A program made the translations under genes and the position numbers. DNA of 64,000 nucleotides. Origin: Coriobacteriia bacterium (lineage in GTDB: Bacteria; Actinomycetota; Coriobacteriia; Coriobacteriales; UBA8131). This document shows positions 54,496 through 62,700 of this stretch, piece by piece. The DNA lies in the NCBI GenBank assembly GCA_009783085.1, contig WRHU01000006.1:24819-88818 (forward strand), in the 5' to 3' direction. How positions within the stretch are numbered: the stretch's first letter is position 1; the number at the start of each line of letters is the position of its first letter. Below the pieces are notes generated by a model. The model was not told where the DNA came from and did no database searches. It was given only the letters and a program-made list of their open reading frames with translations.

Positions 54496-54733
54496 GTCTG
54501 TTGTGGCAATGCCCTCAGTGGCACGTTTCATCAAACAAGCCAAGAGCTGCATCGCCAAAAGCAGCGTAGGATAGTGTAACAGAATTGTCGCTTCTGCTGA
54601 ATAGGTTTCGAGTAAAATGTCAAAAATTATCAAGAACTGCCTGGCTGTCACTAAAAAATTGCTTGTAAATCGCCCAAAAACAACAAAAAATCAAAAAACT
54701 TTCGCAGTTTGCCTAATTTTATCCAATAAGCAC

Positions 54734-54762
54734 TTGCATGAAAGCGCGACCTCTCGTAAAAT
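54734..54762 (+). promoter_or_regulatory. tRNA-Gly/Cys promoter
   Basis: TTGCAT-17bp-TAAAAT. Confidence 0.75.
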
Positions 54763-54777
54763 ATCATCTTGCGCATT

Positions 54778-54853
54778 GCGGACATGGCTCAGCTGGTAGA
54801 GCACAACCTTGCCAAGGTTGGGGTCGCGGGTTCGAATCCCGTTGTCCGCTCCA
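54778..54853 (+). tRNA. tRNA-Gly(GCC)
   Basis: GCGGACATGGCTCAG...TT-GCC-AA...GGTTCGAATCCC...CCA. Confidence 0.96.
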
Positions 54854-55018
54854 TTACTTATTTAAGCCGGTCGGCGCAGCCTCGTGCAGTGCGACCGGCT
54901 TTGTGTTTGCCTTTAATGTGCGTGTTTTGTTTAGACGAACAAGTTGTGCAAACAGATTGTGCGAGCGGGTTGCGTAAGCAGACAACGCCTGCAAGTAGTG
55001 GAAAGAGCAATGGTTCAA

Positions 55019-55092
55019 GGCGACGTGGCCAAGTGGTAAGGCAGAGGCCTGCAAAGCCTTTATCACCGGTTCAAATCCGGTCGTCGCCTCCA
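55019..55092 (+). tRNA. tRNA-Cys(GCA)
   Basis: GGCGACGTGGCCAAGTGG...CT-GCA-AA...GGTTCAAATCC...CCA. Confidence 0.96.
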
Positions 55093-55341
55093 GCACCTTA
55101 AAAGACTATCGACGAGAAGTTCCCTATCTTGTTTGGCAAACCGGATTTGAAGCCAGACATGGGGCGAGGCGTCATCAAACGTGCCAGTGGCACGTTTGTA
55201 GCCGAGGGTCCGCAGCGAGCTAGGCGAGCAAGGACACGCAATTTTGTGGTTTTCAAAATTGTATCAAATCCGGTCGTCGCCTCCAGCACCTTAAAAGACT
55301 ATCGACGAGAAGTTCCCTATCTTGTTTGGCAAACCGGATTT
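55071..55341. repeat. 78-bp direct repeat of the tRNA-Cys 3' end and trailer (55071-55148, 55264-55341) flanking a 115-bp palindromic insert
   Basis: Exact duplication; third fragment tcgtcgcctccag at 55348-55360. Confidence 0.9.
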
Positions 55342-55415
55342 ATCTTTTCGTCGCCTCCAGTTTCTTTTTTTTACACACATTAACACCTGCACACCGCAGA
55401 ACAGGAGCTATCTAC

Positions 55416-56261
55416 ATGAACCAACTAAAAAGAGTTGCCGCGGTACACGACATATCAGGCGTGGGCAAATGTTCGCTCACCGTAGCCTTGCCCATTATCT
55501 CAGCGGCGGGTGTCGAGTGTTCCGTTTTACCAACCGCAGTTTTGTCCACTCACACGGGTGGTTTTGAGGGCTTTACCTTTTGCGATTTAACGGACGAAAT
55601 GATGCCCATTGCCGAGCACTGGAAAAAAGAAGGCATCACCTTTGATGCGTTTTACAGTGGGTACTTGGGCTCTCTGGCGCAAATTGACCTCGTGCAAAAC
55701 ATTTTTGAGATGTTCCGCACGTCTAAAACCGTGGTTATGGTTGATCCTGTGATGGCTGACCACGGCGAACTCTACAGCCTTTTTACGCTTGACCATGTAA
55801 AGGGTATGGCAAAGCTTTGTGGCTGCGCCGATATTATCATTCCTAATCGCACCGAAGCTGCCTTTATGCTCGAACAAGAGTATAAAGACGGCCCCATGAC
55901 CGAAGACGAAGTAGAAGACCTGCTTTACGCACTGGGAAGACTCGGCGCAAAACAGGTGGTGCTCACAGGCGTACATTTTGGTACAGATGATTTGGGCGCT
56001 GCTTGTTACGACAAAAAAACGGGTCAAATCGACTACATTATGAGCAAGCGCATCGAGGGAATGTATCACGGAACTGGCGATGTTTTTGGTTCGTTTTTGC
56101 TCGGAGCACTTATGCGCGAAAAGAGCCTTGCAGAAGCAACAAGAATTGCTGTTGACTACACCTGCGCCTCCATTCGCTTGACAGCAAAAGATGGCACAGG
56201 GCCTCGTATGGGCGTGCGCTTTGAATCAGTAATGCCAAATTATGGAAAACTCTTTGACTAG
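55416..56261 (+). CDS. pdxK: Pyridoxamine/pyridoxal kinase
   Basis: HDISGVGKCSL, LSTHTG, VDPVMAD, HGTGDVF. Confidence 0.9.
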   Translation: MNQLKRVAAVHDISGVGKCSLTVALPIISAAGVECSVLPTAVLSTHTGGFEGFTFCDLTDEMMPIAEHWKKEGITFDAFYSGYLGSLAQIDLVQNIFEMFRTSKTVVMVDPVMADHGELYSLFTLDHVKGMAKLCGCADIIIPNRTEAAFMLEQEYKDGPMTEDEVEDLLYALGRLGAKQVVLTGVHFGTDDLGAACYDKKTGQIDYIMSKRIEGMYHGTGDVFGSFLLGALMREKSLAEATRIAVDYTCASIRLTAKDGTGPRMGVRFESVMPNYGKLFD

Positions 56262-56288
56262 ATAAGCCAAAACAACGCGAGCCTCAAA

Positions 56289-56318
56289 CTTAAGCAAGCT
56301 TGCTCAAGCTTGCTTAAG
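56289..56318. terminator. Palindrome between convergent pdxK and Rrf2 genes
   Basis: CTTAAGCAAGCTTG-ct-CAAGCTTGCTTAAG. Confidence 0.6.
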
Positions 56319-56332
56319 CCTACGGCACAAAG

Positions 56333-56746
56333 TTAGCCAAGCTCCTCATCAAGCAACATCTGCAAGGTAATACCATCAAAGAACTCGTTAACGTTCTTTT
56401 CAAACGCTTCCCACATGGGCAAGGTCTTGCAGTTTTTGGCTCTCTTACAAGTATTTTTCTTGCCACTCAAACAAGCAACGGGAGCAAGACCGTCCTCAGT
56501 AAGACGCAAAACCTCGCCAACGGTAATTTCTGGAGGTTCTTTTGTCATCTTGTATCCGCCACCCCTACCACGCGTTGCAGTCAAAATATCTGCTGTACCC
56601 AAGAGCGTAACTATCTGCTCAAGATACTGCTTTGATACTCCCTGTCGTTCTGCAACGTCTTTTAAGGCAACATATCCGTTGCCGCCATGCTCTACCAAAT
56701 CAAGCAGCATACGCACGGCATACCTACCCCTAGTCGACACCTTCAA
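56333..56746 (-). CDS. Rrf2 family transcriptional regulator (3 Cys, probable Fe-S cluster)
   Basis: STRGRYA, YLEQI, RGRGGGY, C-x6-C-x5-C. Confidence 0.9.
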   Translation of the reverse strand: MKVSTRGRYAVRMLLDLVEHGGNGYVALKDVAERQGVSKQYLEQIVTLLGTADILTATRGRGGGYKMTKEPPEITVGEVLRLTEDGLAPVACLSGKKNTCKRAKNCKTLPMWEAFEKNVNEFFDGITLQMLLDEELG

Positions 56747-56885
56747 TTGTCACACACTCCTCACCTCTGCGCCCGTAGCCGTAGCATCTAAGCGCATGCG
56801 TTCTCCTACCCCTTTTTAGATTTTCTCTGCTTTTCTCATTCCTCTTTTATGCGTCAATAATAAACTAAATGCTCTCATTTTTCAA

Positions 56886-57782
56886 TCACTTCTTTTGTGC
56901 ATAGGCCTGTTTTAAGCACTCGGCAAAGGCTAAGACGGTTTCGTTTTCGGAAGCATTTTTCCAAACAGCTGCAACGGGAAAGCTCGTATCAACCCCCACC
57001 AGCGGTAAAAAGTTTACGTCAATGTCAAAATACGACTTAAGATGCCTAAACGTGATAGCAACACCGGTATTCGCCGACAAATACGGCAGCGCCGAGTTAA
57101 TGTCGCGCAAAGATTCATCTGCATCGTCCCAGATTTCAGAGTTCTTAAAAGCTTGCCGATAAAATGCGTGTACGTTGGGCTGCGCCTCTTTATTGGGCAC
57201 CAAAACTCTCTCATCTTTGAGGTCATCAAGCGTTGCCCAAGGACGCTCTGCCAAACTGTGTCTATGCGAAACCACCACACTGAGGCAGTCGTCATAAAGG
57301 TCGATGTAGTTAAAAGTACTGTAATTGTTGTGTGGAAGCTTGACCAAAACCGCCATATCGAGCTGGTTTGCCTCAAGCATGGGTATGGGCTCCTCAACTT
57401 CAATGGTATACAACTCTAAAGAAATCTGCGGGAACAGCTCCTCGAACTTTGAGCAAGCATCTGCCACAAAATCCTTGCAGGCACCGTACAAATAGCCCAC
57501 TTTGAGGGTCTTTTCAATCCCCTTTTGTGCATCTTTAATCTCTTTGATGGCAGCGTCATATTCTCGAATGACCAGCTTCATGCGCTCCTGAAACAAAACG
57601 CCTGCGTCGGTAAGCTGCACCGAGTGCCTATCTCGTACAAAAAGCTTTGAGCCAATTTCGGTTTCCATAGCGTCAATATGCTTGCTCAAAGCAGACTGCG
57701 AGATAAAAAGACTTTTTGCCACGCACGAGAAGTTTCTTGCCTCGGCAAGATACAAAAACTCCCTAATAGCGTAAATACGCAT
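56886..57782 (-). CDS. LysR family transcriptional regulator
   Basis: N-terminal HTH (ISQSALSKHI..LF.R..LTDAG); 298 aa. Confidence 0.92.
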   Translation of the reverse strand: MRIYAIREFLYLAEARNFSCVAKSLFISQSALSKHIDAMETEIGSKLFVRDRHSVQLTDAGVLFQERMKLVIREYDAAIKEIKDAQKGIEKTLKVGYLYGACKDFVADACSKFEELFPQISLELYTIEVEEPIPMLEANQLDMAVLVKLPHNNYSTFNYIDLYDDCLSVVVSHRHSLAERPWATLDDLKDERVLVPNKEAQPNVHAFYRQAFKNSEIWDDADESLRDINSALPYLSANTGVAITFRHLKSYFDIDVNFLPLVGVDTSFPVAAVWKNASENETVLAFAECLKQAYAQKK

Positions 57783-57794
57783 TATTTCCCCCTA

Positions 57795-57876
57795 TTCCAA
57801 ACTGGAATAAATAGCCCATACATGATAGTATTACATAAGCGGACATAAGACAAGTACCTAGTTTTCCAATATGGAA
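57795..57876. promoter_or_regulatory. Two T-N11-A LysR-type boxes flanking the lysR promoter
   Basis: TTCCA-N3-TGGAA at 57795-57807 and 57864-57876; TTGTCT-17bp-TACTAT (minus strand, 57853-57825) lies between them. Confidence 0.7.
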
Positions 57877-58076
57877 TAACCATTTCTCGATTTGACATAC
57901 CGCTGAGGCGAAAGAAGCCTTATACTTACACAAGTGCCGAGAAAAGCAACGCTGGGGGGCGTTACCGGAGGAACTTCGTTTTGAAGATAAGAGCAGCGGT
58001 GTCAACTCGGAAGGTATTTCGGAGGTACTCTAGATACTTTCTTGATACCTGCACGATGTAGCCCACTCTATGCGCC

Positions 58077-58294
58077 TATGGGTTGTCCTTGTGGCTTGGG
58101 CAACCCATACGGCAGCTTAAGGGCGGCTCATAGAACATTCCTCCCCACCCATACACACCCATGAGCCGCCCTGCTTCAACCGAAACTCACCAGAGTTTCG
58201 CTCGGGCGTTTCAGGTTTAACACACTGTTGCTTGTGAACAGTCCATAGGACATTAACCCCACCACCGTGTACCTATGGACTGCTCATAAGCAAC
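58077..58294 (+). ncRNA. Candidate structured sRNA (four hairpins, C-rich loops)
   Basis: Stems at 58077-58109, 58121-58171, 58181-58200 and 58227-58294; no ORF in the track. Confidence 0.4.
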
Positions 58295-58357
58295 ACTTAA
58301 CGCACAATACTCAGCCTTGAGCATAAAGTCTAACCTGTTTATTCTTGGATATGTTGG

Positions 58358-59116
58358 TTAAATTATAGCTAAAATCTCAATTAAGGTCGAGATGCAGGAA
58401 ATGCTTTTTTTAAGCTGTTCTGTTTTTTGTTCGAGAGCAAGGCGCTGCTGTGACGTGTTGTTACGGCTGAGAAGCACCGGTGTTATGCCCACTGCAAGCG
58501 CGCCTTCAACATCAGCAGTTAGATGATCACCAATGTGCATAGCTTCTGCCGCCGTAGTACCCATACGCTCAAGTGCAAGCGTAAATATCTCGGGCATGGG
58601 CTTGTGCAACTGTACCGCCGCAGATGAAATAATCACGTCAAAATAGGGCGCGAGGCCAAGCCCGTCTATAATGCCCTCAAGCGAGGAATCCCAGTTAGAG
58701 ATAAGCCCCATACGAATATTGCGCTCCTTAAGCTTTTTGAGCGTGGGAACTACGTCGTCAAAGGGCTTCCAGCTTTGTGCCGTAAAATAGCGTTTGTGTA
58801 CGCTGCGTGCGATGGCAGGACGCTTGCTTTTGTCAACCTTGGTGAGCTCACACAAATACTCATACATGGCAAGCCAAATGTTTATTGCACGCTCGTCGTC
58901 TGACCAAAAGGAATCGTCTTGGTCATAGAGATGCTCGTAATACTCGTACATTTTTGGGATATTACTCTGAACAACTGCTGGGTCAAGTTCAACGCCATGC
59001 CGACGTGCCTCCTCAGAAAAGACCTCTCCCTCGGCAACGGCAGTGGTTAGCAAAGTTTGCCCCACGTCAAAAAAGACGGTGGTGATGGGAGTGCTTTGCT
59101 TGTCTTGCGTGTCCAA
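58358..59116 (-). CDS. HAD-superfamily hydrolase
   Basis: FFDVGQTL, ISNWD, KP..IF, HIGD..DV; TTG start after GAGAGGA (the track ORF extends spuriously into the tRNA). Confidence 0.9.
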   Translation of the reverse strand: MDTQDKQSTPITTVFFDVGQTLLTTAVAEGEVFSEEARRHGVELDPAVVQSNIPKMYEYYEHLYDQDDSFWSDDERAINIWLAMYEYLCELTKVDKSKRPAIARSVHKRYFTAQSWKPFDDVVPTLKKLKERNIRMGLISNWDSSLEGIIDGLGLAPYFDVIISSAAVQLHKPMPEIFTLALERMGTTAAEAMHIGDHLTADVEGALAVGITPVLLSRNNTSQQRLALEQKTEQLKKSISCISTLIEILAII

Positions 59117-59188
59117 AATGGTTCCTCTCGGGTTCAAATCCCTCCGCAAAGCATATACCCCAGCCAGCTTTAAGCTGGCTGGGGTATA

Positions 59189-59274
59189 TGGTGTCGGCGG
59201 AGGGATTTGAACCCTCACGTCCGTACGGACACTAGCCCCTCAAGCTAGCGCGTCTGCCGTTCCGCCACGCCGAC
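59189..59274 (-). tRNA. tRNA-Leu(GAG)
   Basis: GTCGGCGTGGCGGAA...TT-GAG-GG, long variable arm, GGTTCAAATCC...CCA. Confidence 0.95.
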
Positions 59275-59284
59275 ATGGTGTAAC

Positions 59285-59542
59285 TTACTGGCCGCCAATT
59301 CCACCTTGCGGATAAATCAGCATGAGAATGATAATGGTAACAAAGAAAAGCACTGCTGAAACAATGGTGATGCGATCGAGGTTTTTCTCAATCAGACCTG
59401 TGCCAACAGAGGTGTTATACACTTGACCAGCAATCATGTCGGAAAGTCCCGTTCCCTTACTGGAATGAAAGAGAATGGACGTAACCATCACAACAGCCGA
59501 AATAAACCAGATAACCAGTACAAAACCGAGCAAAACTGCCAC
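59285..59542 (-). CDS. secG: Preprotein translocase subunit SecG
   Basis: ILFHSSKGTGLS..EKNLDRIT; followed by tRNA-Leu. Confidence 0.9.
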   Translation of the reverse strand: MAVLLGFVLVIWFISAVVMVTSILFHSSKGTGLSDMIAGQVYNTSVGTGLIEKNLDRITIVSAVLFFVTIIILMLIYPQGGIGGQ

Positions 59543-59747
59543 AATAAACTCCTTGATATAAGCTTGCAGGCATAAGCCTGCTCAAACAACTGCTAAAACA
59601 ACGAACGGTAATGATACAACAAAAAAGGCTCTTGTGGGTGCAAGAATCGAAAAATCCCTTAAATTACGGGAACGAGGCGCATTCTGCACAGCCTGTGTAG
59701 GAGAACTGAGCGAGCCGCAGCCTAAAACTCAAGCTCCAACATAAAGC

Positions 59748-62700
59748 TTAAAACCCTCCACGTTTCTCTCGTTTTTCGCTCCGCTTACGCCACGCCGCCG
59801 TAAACAACACCGCAGCAGCAACAAACAGCACGCCCGCAGCAAGACTCATAAAGCCCTTATAGGTAAGATTATCGCCAGTTTTTGGTGCCGTACCTTGGTT
59901 GCCGTTGCCAGACGTGCCACCAGACGTATCAGACGTACCGCCGCCAGAATCGCCCGTGTCTGCGCCCTCATCATTGCCAGCAGCACCGCCATCAGGCGTT
60001 GTGCCACTTTCAGGCTGAGCAGCTCCACTGCTTCCGCTCACAATAAAGGTTACTGTTACCGTGGTGCTTGGCTCAGCGTTTACCTTATAGGTCAGCTCAT
60101 AGGTACCCTGCGCAGCAGCCAACGTGCCAGAAACAAAGGAAACAGGGGCATCGGCGTTAGTAGCCCTGTTGTAGCCACGTACCTCGGCAGCTGCGATACC
60201 ATTGTCGCCGCCTGCGATAACTGCGGCAGCACCTTCAACCGTAAGCACCACTGGATTTTTAGCCGTAATGGCATACTGCGCACCCGTAACCGTCGTATTT
60301 GTTTCAAGAACGGTAAATGCCACCGTTAGTGCTGTCGCAGGCTCAGCATCCACCCCGTACGTTACCGCATACGTGCCCGGCTCTGCACCAAGCGAGCCAG
60401 CCAATACGTTAACAAAGCTGTTGCTAGCACCGAGCGAGGCAAGCGGGCCAACGCCAGAGCCAGAAGCCATATCCTCAGAGAGCGGACTTACCACCGCATC
60501 GTCACCCGAATCATTGCAATAGGCACGCACATTGGCAGCAATAAGACCACCGTCAGCCACGGCGGCGGCAGCTTCGTCTTCGGTAAGAGTAATCGTTGAG
60601 CTTTTTGCCGTAAGCGTATAAAGCTCGCCTTGTTTAATATGCGTGTTGTCGGTCACGATAAAGACCACAGCAACTGTTTTTTTGTTGTCCTCTACAACCG
60701 CATATTCGAGGAGATAGGCACCCTCTTCTATGCCAATCGCACCAGAAACACAGGTGATGGTTCCCGGCGCGCCATCTGAATAGCGCGAAGCAACCACTTC
60801 TGCGGCAGCAACACCCTTATCTCCACCAGCAACAAGAGCGCGTGCCTGCGCTTTGCTCAGCACCACCAAACCAGCAGCCGTGATTGCGTACTCATCATCG
60901 TCGGGCTTTGCTGCCCAGTGCGCCGTAACCGTCACGGAGCTGCCGGGCATCACAAAAGCAGTGGTTTCACTTGAAGGATCAAGCAGCGTCGCCGTACCCT
61001 CGTCAACCGTCCAGCCAGCAAATACATAGTCTTCGTACTCGCCAGCGTTTATAACTACCGTATCACCTTGCACATAGGTATCCGCTCCAGACACCTCAGC
61101 ACGAGAACCGTTAACCACAACGGCATTAACCGCAGACCAATTCGCCGTTACGGTCACAGGATAATCGGGCATTATAAAGGAAGTGGTCGCAGAGGTGGGG
61201 TCGTCCAGCTCAAGAGGTTCAGATTCAACCGTCCAACCAGCAAACACATAACCCTCGCGCTCGCCAGCACTAATGACAACCGTGTCCGTCATCATGCGGA
61301 TTCCGCTGCCAGACTGCTCGGCAAAACTATCATTAACAACAACGGCAAACTCGGGCGGGTCAATGGTTATGAGCGCCCACTGAGCATACAGCGTTGTGTC
61401 AGCGGCAAAAGACCAAGACGCAATAACCTGCTCGTCGCTAAAGAATATCCCCTCGCCAAACGGTTCGGTATTCCAGCCGAGAAAAAGATGCCCATACGTA
61501 CTCTCGGGATACCACGGAATGGGCTTTTCTGAATAAAACATATTTTTGGCAAGTTTTACCTCAGAGCCAAAGACCACCGTCTGATTTTCCATTTTGCCCT
61601 TTAATCCAAGAATAATGGTTGGTTCATAGCCAGGATCCCCAACAAAGGTAATGGTGTAGGTTCTCGGCTTCCAGCTCGCTGTTACCGTCACGGAACTATC
61701 GGGCATGACAAAAGTGGTTGTGGCACTCTTGGCATCAAGCAAGGTTGCCGAACCCGCATCAACCGTCCAGCCGTCAAACTCATAACCCTCACGCTCGCCC
61801 GCAGCAAGCGTAACCGTATCGCCCGTCTTATAGCTACCTGCGCCAGAGGTGAGTGCGAAGGAGCCATTGACAGCAACTTCATTTACTGCAGCTTCATTTA
61901 CTGCAGTCCAGTGAGCCGTCAAGGTGAGTAGAACTATATCGGGCATGGTAAAGGTAACCACCGCGCTTGTTGGGTCGTCTATGACCAGTTCGCTTGTGTC
62001 GTCAGGCGACCATTTTTCCATTTCATCGACCGTCCAACCAGCAAACTCATATCCTTCGCGTTCGCCAGCGTTTATCGTAACCGTTTCGTTCATAGCGTAG
62101 ATGCCCTCGCCCGAATATTCGGCGTAGCTATCGTTGATAGTAAGCGGAATAAAGTGTGGGTCTATGTGCACCCTCGCCCACTGGGCATACAGCACTACAT
62201 TGCCAGCAAGCGCCCATGCGTCAATAACCTGCTCATCGGTATAATATGTTCCGCTTCCGTCAGGAGCAGTGTTCCACATCATAAAGCGGTCGCCATAAAA
62301 TTTACCCGGTGACCATGGAATGGGTATTTCTGAGTAAAAGACATTCTTGTTTAGGGTAACTGCGCTTCCATACGTCACCTGCTGTGGCTCCATCGTGCCT
62401 TCTATGCAGCGCCCCTGCCACTGCTCATCGCCTTGATTAGCAACGTAGGTAATAACAAAAGTTTTTGGCTCCCACTGTGCAGTTACCGTCACTGCACTGC
62501 TTGACATAGCAAAAGCAGTAGCAGCCCTCGAAGGCTCAATCAGCGTTATTTCGCCCTCATCAACCGTCCAGCCAGCAAACTCATAACCCTCACGCTCGCC
62601 CGCGTCGAGAGCGACAATATCTCCCTGTTTATAGTCGCCAGCGCCAGAAGTTTGGGCATACGAACCATTGACCGTAACAGAGTTAACAGCTGCCCAATGC

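Noticed and set aside
55264-55285. Second tRNA-Cys gene
   Set aside because: Only the T-loop and 3' end are present; there is no D-arm or anticodon arm
59117-59218. HAD ORF extension to 59218
   Set aside because: Runs through tRNA-Leu; the RBS-supported TTG is at 59116
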